Positions 36,803-47,065 of a DNA stretch of 64,000 bases are shown here, in pieces; within the stretch, counting starts at the first letter, position 1, and every line of letters starts with the position of its first letter. The notes beneath the pieces are model-generated. The model was not told the DNA's origin and did no database searches. It saw nothing but the letters and a program-made list of their open reading frames with translations. The stretch is from the NCBI GenBank assembly GCA_034670025.1, contig JAXMOE010000001.1, positions 737,995 to 801,994 on the forward strand. Reading direction: 5' to 3'. The position numbers were made by a program, and so were the translations under genes. The DNA comes from Chlorobiota bacterium (GTDB taxonomy: Bacteria; Bacteroidota; Ignavibacteria; Kapaibacteriales; UBA2268).

Positions 36803-39800
36803 TTTTTTACTGAATACTTGGCTATAAGTTTTTACTTGTATGAAGTAATTTCCAGAATTAAAACCATCAATATCCATACTAAACTGTTTATGCTTAGAAT
36901 TTCTAATTAATTTTTCACGTAATTTTGTTCCCTTGAAATCATATATTTCAACTATCGCGTCTCCCTCCTCTATTGTGTTAACTGTTAGAAGGATTTTAGT
37001 TTCATCATACCCATTAATAGTGATTTTATTTTTATTTTCGTAATCAATTTTTAGTAATCTGGTCCCGGCTGCATAGCATAAATCTTCAATACAAAAGTTA
37101 CCACTTTGTGTACCAAATTCAATATTTGTGGAAGAGTATTCCATTGCTAATTCTGAAAATTCAATAGTAGTACAAGAATCATTGCCCCAAAGAGCTTCCA
37201 TTTCAATTTGATAAATTTCATTATTCTTTGGATTTTTTATCTCAAATTGGACAGAACGCATTTCGTTGTTTGTTGTATTAGCAGTTTTGATTGGTTTAAT
37301 AATGGTTCTATTAAAAATTAAGTTGCCTTTAATTATCTCTCCGTTAGCAAAATCAGAAGAGCTATTAATTTTGATTGACAATGGAAACACTTCTCCTATC
37401 TTCCTAATTTCGTCTATCACAGATAATGAAATTTGTTCACTTCCAACACCTTGTATATTAATATTAACTTCATCTTTGTTTTCACATGAATCTAAGACAG
37501 CAAATTTGTGAACACTAGAAATTTCCTTATTTCCTGTGTGAATAAATGTAACAACAGAAGATTCACCTGGTTGAGCAACTTGTGGTATAATGGGAAAAAC
37601 AGTAAATTCACTATCTAGAATAACATCCCAGCGAATCGGAACTGTACCTTCGTTTTTTATTCGAATTGTTTTTGAACCTGGAATATTATTATTCAAATAG
37701 CTAAATGTTACATCATTGTCAATAATACTAAACTTAGAAACCTCTTTTATAACTGTGATAGGGATAATTGTCATCCCATCATTTGACTTTGAATCATTAG
37801 AATATATTACAACATTAATTGAATAAATATCTGGTATATCTGATTTAAATAATAGTTTTAGTGAATCATTCTGGTTTGTACTTAGTTGAATATTTTTATC
37901 TTCAATATTAAAAGTATTTCCTTCGTAATTAGTTAAACCTACAGAATCAATTACTAAATTTGCTTCACCAACATTTATAATAGGTATTGATATTTCCAAT
38001 TCATTTTCACAAATAATGGTATATTGCTTTTCATAGTCTAAATATAATGTAGGAGAAGTACTTTTTACTTCAACATTAATTTCTATACTGTCCGAACAAA
38101 TAGGTTCAGGAGATAATTTGTGATTAAATATTTCACCTTTATTACCACCCAAGAAAGTATATTCAATTATAGATGTGTCTGCAGGTAAAGTTGGATTAGG
38201 AGTAACTGAATTTATAATTATTTTCCCGTCAGCTGACTCTGATGGTGTGTCCCAATACAAATTTGTTCTTCCTGTGTTATATACTTTTATACTTTCTTTG
38301 TAAACTTTATTATCATCAACACCAATCAAATTTTCGTCACCTATAATTTCATAGGATGTTTCTAACTTTCTACCATTCATGTAAATTACTATAACCGAAT
38401 CACTGTGATTGTTGCTTTTGAAAATAATTGAGTCTTGAATTATACCATTATCTTGTGGTTTAAACAAAAGACTTAAACACAACGAATCCTTCTCAGAAAT
38501 ACTGTAATCATCTTCAAGTTCTACATTAAAACTAAAATTTAGACTACTTAATTGTATTTCTCTTATTACAAGATCACCAGTACCATTATTATAAATTTTT
38601 AATGAATCAACTATCTCTTCTTCACATTTTACTGTACCAATATTAATGTCAGAATATTCAAATATAGGTCTTACTCCCCTTCCATCTAATTTTATATAAA
38701 TTGTATCTATATTATTTTTTTCATCAACATAAACTACCCTTACTCTTGAATTATATACAATGTCATTTTGAGGAGTAAACGATACTTTTAATTCAAAATT
38801 ACTATTCGCTTCAATTTCAATGTTTTCAATTAAATCGACTTTATCTAATTCATCGTACAATTGGAACTGTTCTTTTGAGGGTGAAACTATATCTAATGAC
38901 ATAATTGTTAAAACACTATTTCCATTATTAAATATTGAACTCTCTACAACTGTTTTTTCTACTCCGACATTAACTTCATCAAAAGAAATATTAGTTGTTC
39001 CAATTATTGGTTCAACACCGTTTCCAAATAGTAAAAACTCTTCAATACTATATTTAGAATAAAGAATAACTTTTGCACTATGACCACCAATTTTTGTTGG
39101 TTTAAATTCAATTATAAAATTAGGTTGGTTTATGCTATTTATAACAGCCGGTAAGTTGGGACTATTAGAAATACTAAAATTGTTCTTATCTACTCCTGTA
39201 ATAACAACTGAATCAATTTCAAATTCAAAATCATATTCATATTCAATTATTGAATTGAAAACAGAGTCCTTTGATGAGTTAACTAAAACTTCACCCATAT
39301 TTATATCTTGTACTGAAAAAGTATTCTTAACTAATGAAAATGTTGAATCAGAAATATCTAATGCTTCTGGATAAGGTTTGACAGAATAAACTGATAGTAA
39401 GCTATCTGGGGAGCTACTTCTTTGACCAACAGCGAATCTGGTACCATCTTTGCTCCATTCAACATCAGTTGTAATGCTTGATTCAGACTTAAATGAAAAT
39501 TTAATAGAAAACACAGTGTCAACTAATTCATCCCATTCCCATACTTTAACATTAAAACTTCTATCAGTCAAAACAACATAGTTATCATAATCAGATGTGG
39601 CCAAATCTGTAATTGATGTGAAAGTCGGATTTATTTTTTTAAAGATTTTTTTCAGTTTTTGAACATCCCATAATTCGAGCCATTTTTGATCACCTATGTT
39701 TGAAGTAGAGATTACATACTTTTCGTCATAACTCCATTCTACGAATTGATATGAGTGTTCAAAGACATTATCAAACATAGAAACTGTAGTATAGTTTGAC

Positions 39801-41770
39801 CAATTATCTATTTTACTCAAGATATATAATGAATCAGACTTTGTAGAAGTTGAAGTAGAAATAACTATTTTATCTGAGCTATTAGAAATCGAAGCGTCTG
39901 ATATTTGATTGAAACCGTTAGGTAAATCAAATTGATTAATAAAAGTCAAAGAAGTTAAGTCTAAGATATGAACAGAGTTTTTATTTTGTATTAATCCAAT
40001 GTCATTAGAAAAACTAAATTCTATTTCACCACCAAATGAACTAATTTTTCTATATTCTTGAGTTATAAGATTAATTACTGCTGTTTCCGATTCTGAGCTA
40101 TATAATAATCTTACCCCATCAGGCAGAAAATTGATGTCTGCATCTTCTGCTTTTTCTAATTTATATTTATTTGCTATTTGTCCAACTACACTATTTACAA
40201 CATAAATAGTTGCACTATCAGAAAGAGTAGCAAATACGTTACCTGCATTATTCCAGCTTACCTTATTTACATTATTAGAATCAATGTTCAAACTATAAAT
40301 TTTTCTCCCAGCATCCTCACTCATTTGTCTTATTCTTATTAGGCAATTGCTACTCTCAATATTTGGGGTTTTCCATTCTGTTATATTTTGTTCTAAATTC
40401 CCATTAGCAATTTGGTTCCAACTACCACCCTTATTGGTTGAATATTCTACAATCTTAGTCCTATTATTTCTTGTGCCCTTCCATTGTACTGATTGTGTAC
40501 TGCCAGATTTTAATAACTCCCCACCATTAGGGTCTAATATTTCTACAACACTATTTGTTGGGGGTTTACCAATACAATTACTCACAGAAAAAAAATCAAC
40601 ATTGAGACACGTACTAGAATTAATAGTAAATTTACAGAGATTAAAATCAGAAGTAGTGCCATAATATTCAACCCTAATTTCCATAATAGAATCTTTTTCC
40701 AAAGTAAATGGTAATTGTTTACCAACAACAATTGCCTCAAACTGGTCGCAACTTCTGAATCCATTAACCTTATCTATACTATTTACATCTATGTCGCTGT
40801 TGATTGCTTTTAACTTTAAATATTTAATATTTGGCTTTTGACAACTAAACTCAATAAATTCATCATCTAAAAATTCAAATTTAGGTGGTTTAATACCCGG
40901 AGCGTCAAATGAAAATTCTTTACTTACACCCAAGGGCTTGTATTCAATCTTTGATTTTTTACCTATTAAGCAACCATCGGTAAACCATGATATACTGCAT
41001 GGAGAATTACTAACTGCAATTTTCCTAATTGTATTATAAACATCTATTAATGTTTCCTTATTATCAACTTCTTCAAAATACAACCCTCCTGTTGCATCTG
41101 TAACTTGCTTTAATTCTACTGGTAAAGTGATTTCTAAAGAAATAGCATACACAACAGCGTTCATTTTTTTTGCTAATGAAACTACTTCATTTACATCGAA
41201 ATCTGATGTACCAACCCCATCTGTTAGGAAAATAATAATCGGCTGGAAATTAGCTCTTCTTGCAACATCTAATGCACCAGCATAAGGGTCTAAAAATGCT
41301 ACTCTATAATTAGTACCATTTCTAAGCTCCAAAGTATTAATGGAATTTAATAACTTTAAGGTATCTATTATAAAATCTGAATAAAGTATTGCTTCATCAT
41401 CAAAAGTTGTTATTGCGGTTTCTTCATTTGTGCTATCCATCTGCGCTATCCAAGCACTGGTAGCATCTTTTATCCATTCAAATTTAGCTCCTCTCATTGA
41501 ACTAGACAAATCTAATGTAAGCACAGTTGATATTTTATTGATATTAGATTTAGGTGGACATTTAATATCACTAATTGTCTTTTCTCTTTGTACTTCAGTT
41601 ATAGCAAAATCATCTGTAGTAAACTGTGTCAATTGGTTTCCACTTGAATCTGTCACAAAAAAATCAGCTTCAATCAAAGGAAACTTTTCTGTATTTATAT
41701 TATACAGATTAATACTTTGCGATATTAAACTAATTGGTATAAGAAAAAGAAATATGTATATAATTCTCAT
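36785..41770 (-). CDS. Giant secreted vWA-domain protein with WD40-like propeller region, tandem Ig-like modules and T9SS C-terminal domain (paralog of 1..4676)
   Basis: Signal peptide MRIIYIFLFLIPISLISQ. MIDAS LTLDLSSSM, RNGT, IIFLTDG. WD-like repeats (VSWNNAGNVFAT, VEWSYDEKYVIS, LELWDV, VEWSKDGTRFAV). Repeated F-x-P modules (EFKPTKIG, SFTPQND, LFKPQDNG). CTD NSGNYFIQVKT...KKLILIK. Confidence 0.75.
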   Translation of the reverse strand: MRIIYIFLFLIPISLISQSINLYNINTEKFPLIEADFFVTDSSGNQLTQFTTDDFAITEVQREKTISDIKCPPKSNINKISTVLTLDLSSSMRGAKFEWIKDATSAWIAQMDSTNEETAITTFDDEAILYSDFIIDTLKLLNSINTLELRNGTNYRVAFLDPYAGALDVARRANFQPIIIFLTDGVGTSDFDVNEVVSLAKKMNAVVYAISLEITLPVELKQVTDATGGLYFEEVDNKETLIDVYNTIRKIAVSNSPCSISWFTDGCLIGKKSKIEYKPLGVSKEFSFDAPGIKPPKFEFLDDEFIEFSCQKPNIKYLKLKAINSDIDVNSIDKVNGFRSCDQFEAIVVGKQLPFTLEKDSIMEIRVEYYGTTSDFNLCKFTINSSTCLNVDFFSVSNCIGKPPTNSVVEILDPNGGELLKSGSTQSVQWKGTRNNRTKIVEYSTNKGGSWNQIANGNLEQNITEWKTPNIESSNCLIRIRQMSEDAGRKIYSLNIDSNNVNKVSWNNAGNVFATLSDSATIYVVNSVVGQIANKYKLEKAEDADINFLPDGVRLLYSSESETAVINLITQEYRKISSFGGEIEFSFSNDIGLIQNKNSVHILDLTSLTFINQFDLPNGFNQISDASISNSSDKIVISTSTSTKSDSLYILSKIDNWSNYTTVSMFDNVFEHSYQFVEWSYDEKYVISTSNIGDQKWLELWDVQKLKKIFKKINPTFTSITDLATSDYDNYVVLTDRSFNVKVWEWDELVDTVFSIKFSFKSESSITTDVEWSKDGTRFAVGQRSSSPDSLLSVYSVKPYPEALDISDSTFSLVKNTFSVQDINMGEVLVNSSKDSVFNSIIEYEYDFEFEIDSVVITGVDKNNFSISNSPNLPAVINSINQPNFIIEFKPTKIGGHSAKVILYSKYSIEEFLLFGNGVEPIIGTTNISFDEVNVGVEKTVVESSIFNNGNSVLTIMSLDIVSPSKEQFQLYDELDKVDLIENIEIEANSNFELKVSFTPQNDIVYNSRVRVVYVDEKNNIDTIYIKLDGRGVRPIFEYSDINIGTVKCEEEIVDSLKIYNNGTGDLVIREIQLSSLNFSFNVELEDDYSISEKDSLCLSLLFKPQDNGIIQDSIIFKSNNHSDSVIVIYMNGRKLETSYEIIGDENLIGVDDNKVYKESIKVYNTGRTNLYWDTPSESADGKIIINSVTPNPTLPADTSIIEYTFLGGNKGEIFNHKLSPEPICSDSIEINVEVKSTSPTLYLDYEKQYTIICENELEISIPIINVGEANLVIDSVGLTNYEGNTFNIEDKNIQLSTNQNDSLKLLFKSDIPDIYSINVVIYSNDSKSNDGMTIIPITVIKEVSKFSIIDNDVTFSYLNNNIPGSKTIRIKNEGTVPIRWDVILDSEFTVFPIIPQVAQPGESSVVTFIHTGNKEISSVHKFAVLDSCENKDEVNINIQGVGSEQISLSVIDEIRKIGEVFPLSIKINSSSDFANGEIIKGNLIFNRTIIKPIKTANTTNNEMRSVQFEIKNPKNNEIYQIEMEALWGNDSCTTIEFSELAMEYSSTNIEFGTQSGNFCIEDLCYAAGTRLLKIDYENKNKITINGYDETKILLTVNTIEEGDAIVEIYDFKGTKLREKLIRNSKHKQFSMDIDGFNSGNYFIQVKTYSQVFSKKLILIK

Positions 41771-41878
41771 AAATTATTTTTTTTGGTTAAGTGTATAACA
41801 AATTAATAATAAAACTCTTAAAATGTTACATAATAACGTATATTTATCTTTTTATAAAATAACAAAAGTTATAATCTA

Positions 41879-43699
41879 ATGAGAATTATATCAATTATAT
41901 CGATATTTGTGCTATTTATTCTAAGCTCCTGTAGTAACGATTTCAAAAAATCTGAAAATATTAATCAAAATACTGAATTTCTAACTTGGATTGATTCCGT
42001 TTGGAAAGCAAAAGTTGACAGATACCCAGCACTTCAAACAGAATATGGTTTCCATGAAAATGATGACAAGTGGGACAACATCACTGACAGTATGCAAATA
42101 GCTGAAATGAATATACTAACAAAGAATATCAAAGTACTAACTGAGCGGTTCGATATAAAGAACCTATCTGATCAAGCACTAAAAAGCTTTAATATTTATG
42201 TCTATAATATAGAAACAGAATTAGCAAGTGCAGATTATCAATTTCACAATTATCCTGTCAGCCAAATGGATGGATGGCACACTAAAATACCATCTACTTT
42301 GATCAATCAACACAAAATAGAAAATGAGAGTGACGCAAAGAATTATATTCTTAGAGTACAGAAAACTCCAAAGTTAATGTCGCAATTAATAGATAATCTT
42401 GAGAATAGAAAAGAACGTGGAGTAGTTGCACCCGAATTGATTCTTGATTATGTTATAGAAAGTATTGATAACTTAATTTCAACTGAGTCGAATGTTAAAA
42501 CTCACCCAATCTATACTGATTTTAAACAAAAAGTCGAAAAATTATCAATATCTAAAGATGAAAATGATAGATTAATAAGTGATTTTAAAACATCACTATT
42601 GACTCAATTTAATGATGCTTATAGTAAATTATCAGAATATCTGAATGAGCTAAAAGAAAGCTCTAATCAAACAATTGGAGCTTATTCATTGCCCAACGGT
42701 AAAGAATATTACAAGTATCAATTAAAGAAGAACAATACAATTGATATTACTCCTAATGAGGTTTTTAGCTACGGTGAGCAAGAAGTAAAACGAATCCATA
42801 ATGAAATGAACAAGATTAAGAATGAAGTTGGTTTTAGTGGTGATTTGAACTCATTCTTTAAATTTATGAGAGAATATTCTCAGTTCTATTTGCCTAATAC
42901 TGATAAGGGTAAACAAACATATTTAGACAGTGCGAAGGCGATAATTGATACAATGAAGACAGAGTTGGACAAACTATTTGAAGTAAAACCAAAAACTGAT
43001 TTGGTTGTTAAGAAAGTAGAAGAGTACAGAGAAAAAAGTGCTGGTAAGGCATTTTATGAACCGCCTTCGATTGATGGGACAAGACCTGGTATTTATTATG
43101 CAAACTTATATGATATGTCTGGAATGCCTGTTTACCAAATGGAAGCTCTCGCATACCACGAAGGAATACCTGGACACCACATGCAAATTGCGATATCACA
43201 AGAATTAGAAAACATTCCTAAATTTCGAGTTGTTGGTAATCTGTATGTAAGCTACGTAGAGGGTTGGGGTTTGTATTCTGAACTTCTACCAAAAGAAATT
43301 GGATATTACAAAAATCCTTACTCAGATTTTGGCAGATTAGCAATGGAGCTATGGAGAGCGTGTAGGTTAGTTGTTGATGTTGGGATTCATGAAAAAGGAT
43401 GGGACAGACAAAAAGCAATAGATTTCTATAATAACAACACTCCTGCAAGTATGGGAGAATCAGTAAGTATGGTTGATAGACACATAGTAATGCCAGGACA
43501 AGCTACTGGCTATAAAATAGGTATGAGACATATTTTAGAACTAAGAGAAAAGGCAAAAAGTAAACTCAAAGATAAATTTGATATAAAAAGATTTCATCAA
43601 TTAATATTGAATGATGGGCCGATACCACTATTTATGCTGACAGATAAAATTGATAATTGGATAGAAAATGAAACTAATATTGGAGAAAGTAATGAATAA
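41879..43699 (+). CDS. DUF885 family lipoprotein (metallopeptidase-like)
   Basis: Lipobox LSSC. The AYHEGIPGHHMQ motif is characteristic of DUF885. Confidence 0.75.
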   Translation: MRIISIISIFVLFILSSCSNDFKKSENINQNTEFLTWIDSVWKAKVDRYPALQTEYGFHENDDKWDNITDSMQIAEMNILTKNIKVLTERFDIKNLSDQALKSFNIYVYNIETELASADYQFHNYPVSQMDGWHTKIPSTLINQHKIENESDAKNYILRVQKTPKLMSQLIDNLENRKERGVVAPELILDYVIESIDNLISTESNVKTHPIYTDFKQKVEKLSISKDENDRLISDFKTSLLTQFNDAYSKLSEYLNELKESSNQTIGAYSLPNGKEYYKYQLKKNNTIDITPNEVFSYGEQEVKRIHNEMNKIKNEVGFSGDLNSFFKFMREYSQFYLPNTDKGKQTYLDSAKAIIDTMKTELDKLFEVKPKTDLVVKKVEEYREKSAGKAFYEPPSIDGTRPGIYYANLYDMSGMPVYQMEALAYHEGIPGHHMQIAISQELENIPKFRVVGNLYVSYVEGWGLYSELLPKEIGYYKNPYSDFGRLAMELWRACRLVVDVGIHEKGWDRQKAIDFYNNNTPASMGESVSMVDRHIVMPGQATGYKIGMRHILELREKAKSKLKDKFDIKRFHQLILNDGPIPLFMLTDKIDNWIENETNIGESNE

Positions 43700-46600
43700 A
43701 CTGATAGTATTTTTAATATTTGCTTTAACTGTAGGCGTTCATGCAGAAGAAAATGAATGGGATGTGAACAACCCTCCTGGTGATGAAAAGGAAGTTGAGT
43801 TTACAGTAAATGAAGGTACATGGATGAATTTGGACGTAAGTCCAGATGGTAAAACTATTGTGTTTGACGTATTGGGAGATATATACACAATCCCCAAAAA
43901 AGGTGGAAAAGCAATGCCATTAAGAACTGGACTTGCTTGGGAAGTCCAACCTCGATTTTCTCCAGATGGAAAGTATATATCATTTACATCTGATGCGGGA
44001 GGTGCTGACAATATTTGGATTATGAACACTGATGGATCTAATTCAAAACAAATCACTAAAGAAGATTTCAGATTGCTTAATAATGCAGTCTGGTCACACG
44101 ATAGTGAATTTCTAATAGCCCGAAAGCATTTCACTTCTACTCGCTCAGCTGGTGCAGGAGAGATGTGGATGTACCATATTTCAGGGGGTTCCGGGATAAA
44201 ACTAACAGAAAAAAAGAATGCTCAACAAGATGTGAACGAACCGTCAGTATCAAGCGATGGCAAATACCTATACTACTCTGAAGATATGTATCCTGGTGGT
44301 TTTTTTCAATATAACAAAGACCCGAATAAAGGTATATATGTAATAAATAGATATTCATTTGAAGATGGTGAAACAGAGACTTATGTTTCTGGTTCAGGTA
44401 GTGCATTCAGACCTCAAATTTCTCCAGATGGCAAGTATTTAGCATTTGTATCAAGAGTAAGAACAAAGACTATCCTATTTTTAAAAGATACCGAAACAGG
44501 TGAAGAGTGGCCTATATTTGATAGACTAATAAAAGATCAGCAAGAAGCGTGGGCTATTTTTGGAGTTTACCCAGGTTTTGCTTGGACTCCTGATGGAAAG
44601 TCAATTGTAATATATGGAAATGGAAAATTATGGGAAGTAGATATTAATACTAAAGACTTTGTTGAAATACCATTTGAAGTAAATGCAAAACATAATTTAC
44701 AAAAGACAGTACGGTTTGATAACAATGTATTTGAGGATAAAATAGACCTGAAAGTATTAAGAGGTGCTATCACCTCACCTGATGGTGAAAATGTTGCTTA
44801 TAATGCGGCAGGATATATTTATTTATACAATAAAAATAATAAAACAGCTGAACGGTTGACTAACAATAAAGAATTCGAATTTGAGCCTTCTTTCAGTTCA
44901 GATGGTTCTAAATTAGTTTATGTGACTTGGTCTGATTTAGAAAAAGGTAAAATAAAAATCTTTGATTTTAATTCAAAGTCAACTAAAGCAATTAATTTAC
45001 CAAAAGGTATTTATAGAACTCCATCATTATCTAAAGATGGAACAAGTCTATTATATCTGAAAGAATCTGGTAATGAACACCAAGGATTTGATTTCACTAC
45101 TAATCCTGGCATCTATACATTAGACTTAAATAAATCCAATTCTGAACCAAAATTAATTTCTGAATCTGGTGAGTATCCCCTATTCAACAGCGATGATACA
45201 AGAATATACTATCAAACAGGTGGTTACTATTTTGGTAGTTTAGATAAAGGATTCCACTCTGTTGATTTGACTGGAACTGATAAGAAACAGCATTTTAGTT
45301 CTAAGTATTCTAACAAATTTGTACCGAGTCCCGATGGGAGATACATAGCATTCAATGAGCTACATAAGGTTTACATAGCAAGATTTCCTAGAACAGGACA
45401 AATCATAGATTTGAGTGCGAACACAAAATCAATACCTGTTGTAGAAGTTGCAAGTGATGCAGGAATAAATCTGCATTGGTCAAGTGATAGTAAACAACTT
45501 CATTGGACTTTAGGGGCAGACTATCACACTATCGCATTGGAAGATAGTTTTGACTATTTGAATAAAAGTAAAGACGCTGGTGAGGCTGATAAAGAAGTAG
45601 TATCTCAGAAGATAAAGATTAAAACTTTAGTTGATTCAGACAAACCTAAAGGAGTTATAGCTTATACTAATTCTCGAATATTAACAATGGACAAAGACTC
45701 TACTGTAATTGAGAATGGAACTGTAATTCTTGAAGGCAATCAAATCATTGATTTGGGAAAAAACGATGAAATTTCAATTCCACAAAATGCTAAAATCTAT
45801 GATTTAGAAGGTAAAACAATAATGCCTGGACTTGTCGATGTTCATGCACACCAAGGCACGTTCAGATATGGTCTAAGCCCAGAAAAGCATTGGCCATACT
45901 ATGCAAACTTGGCTTACGGTGTTACTACTACTCACGACCCATCATCAAATTCGGAAATGGTATTTAGCCATTCTGAAATGATAAAAACAGGTAGAATGAT
46001 TGGTCCTAGAACTTATTCAACTGGAATTATTCTCTATGGAGCTGAAGGAGATTTCAAGGCAGTTGTTAATAACTTAAAAGATGCTAAATCTCATTTGAAA
46101 AGAACCAAAGCTTTTGGTGCATTTTCTGTTAAGTCGTATAACCAGCCAAGAAGAAACCAAAGACAACAAATAATACAAGCAGCCAGAGAGTTAGAAATGT
46201 TAGTCTTCCCAGAAGGTGGCTCACACTTCTTCCACAACTTATCTATGGTTGCAGACGGTCACACAGGTATTGAGCACAATATACCAGTAGCCCCTCTCTA
46301 TGATGATGTAATTAAATTTTGGTCAAATACAGAGTCACATAATACTCCAACATTAGTAGTAAATTATGGTTCAGTTACTGGAGAATATTATTGGTATCAA
46401 AATACAAATGTTTGGGAAAAAGAGAGATTACTTAACTTTACTCCAAGAGAAGTTGTTGACTCAAGAGCAAGACATAGAACTATGATTCCAGATGAGGAAT
46501 ATGATAATGGACATATACTTACCTCTCAATCATTAAAGAAAATGACTGACAATGGAATAAAAATCAATATGGGTGCTCACGGACAATTACAAGGTTTGGG

Positions 46601-46979
46601 GGCTCATTGGGAAATGTGGATGTTACACCAAGGTGGTATGAGCAATATGGAAGTGCTTCAGGCAGCTACAATCAATGGAGCTACTTATTTAGGTATGGAT
46701 AGTGAAATTGGTTCTATTGAAAAAGGTAAACTGGCTGATTTGATAGTAATTGATGGTAATCCGTTAGAAGACATTTATGAAACTGAAAATGTTGTTTACA
46801 CTATTATCAACGGTAGAATGTATGATTCAGAAACTATGAATGAAATTGGTAATTATAACAACCCAAGAGAAGAGTTTTGGTGGAATTCTGATAAGTATGA
46901 AGGATTTGACTTTCACCAGAGATTAAACTCATTCGAATTACCCAAGTGTCAATGTGGATATGGAACGCATTTACATTAA
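43692..46979 (+). CDS. Secreted TolB-like PD40 beta-propeller fused to amidohydrolase domain
   Basis: Signal peptide MNKLIVFLIFALTVGVHA. The ATG at 43692 overlaps the DUF885 stop, and the ORF is open from 43668. PD40 repeats (VSPDGKTIVF, FSPDGKYISFTSD, ISPDGKYLAFVS). The C-terminal amidohydrolase shows PGLVDVHAH and GADLIVIDGNPL. Confidence 0.8.
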   Translation: MNKLIVFLIFALTVGVHAEENEWDVNNPPGDEKEVEFTVNEGTWMNLDVSPDGKTIVFDVLGDIYTIPKKGGKAMPLRTGLAWEVQPRFSPDGKYISFTSDAGGADNIWIMNTDGSNSKQITKEDFRLLNNAVWSHDSEFLIARKHFTSTRSAGAGEMWMYHISGGSGIKLTEKKNAQQDVNEPSVSSDGKYLYYSEDMYPGGFFQYNKDPNKGIYVINRYSFEDGETETYVSGSGSAFRPQISPDGKYLAFVSRVRTKTILFLKDTETGEEWPIFDRLIKDQQEAWAIFGVYPGFAWTPDGKSIVIYGNGKLWEVDINTKDFVEIPFEVNAKHNLQKTVRFDNNVFEDKIDLKVLRGAITSPDGENVAYNAAGYIYLYNKNNKTAERLTNNKEFEFEPSFSSDGSKLVYVTWSDLEKGKIKIFDFNSKSTKAINLPKGIYRTPSLSKDGTSLLYLKESGNEHQGFDFTTNPGIYTLDLNKSNSEPKLISESGEYPLFNSDDTRIYYQTGGYYFGSLDKGFHSVDLTGTDKKQHFSSKYSNKFVPSPDGRYIAFNELHKVYIARFPRTGQIIDLSANTKSIPVVEVASDAGINLHWSSDSKQLHWTLGADYHTIALEDSFDYLNKSKDAGEADKEVVSQKIKIKTLVDSDKPKGVIAYTNSRILTMDKDSTVIENGTVILEGNQIIDLGKNDEISIPQNAKIYDLEGKTIMPGLVDVHAHQGTFRYGLSPEKHWPYYANLAYGVTTTHDPSSNSEMVFSHSEMIKTGRMIGPRTYSTGIILYGAEGDFKAVVNNLKDAKSHLKRTKAFGAFSVKSYNQPRRNQRQQIIQAARELEMLVFPEGGSHFFHNLSMVADGHTGIEHNIPVAPLYDDVIKFWSNTESHNTPTLVVNYGSVTGEYYWYQNTNVWEKERLLNFTPREVVDSRARHRTMIPDEEYDNGHILTSQSLKKMTDNGIKINMGAHGQLQGLGAHWEMWMLHQGGMSNMEVLQAATINGATYLGMDSEIGSIEKGKLADLIVIDGNPLEDIYETENVVYTIINGRMYDSETMNEIGNYNNPREEFWWNSDKYEGFDFHQRLNSFELPKCQCGYGTHLH

Positions 46980-47001
46980 GCTTAGATACAATTACAAATA
47001 T

Positions 47002-47039
47002 AAAAGCCGATATAAAATTTAATCTATATCGGCTTTTTC
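47002..47039. terminator. Bidirectional rho-independent terminator between convergent amidohydrolase and ahcY genes
   Basis: aaaagccgatata / tatatcggctttt 13-bp stem with a 10-nt loop, and T-runs on both strands. Confidence 0.8.
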
Positions 47040-47065
47040 TATTCTGAGTACTTTAAATCTATCGA

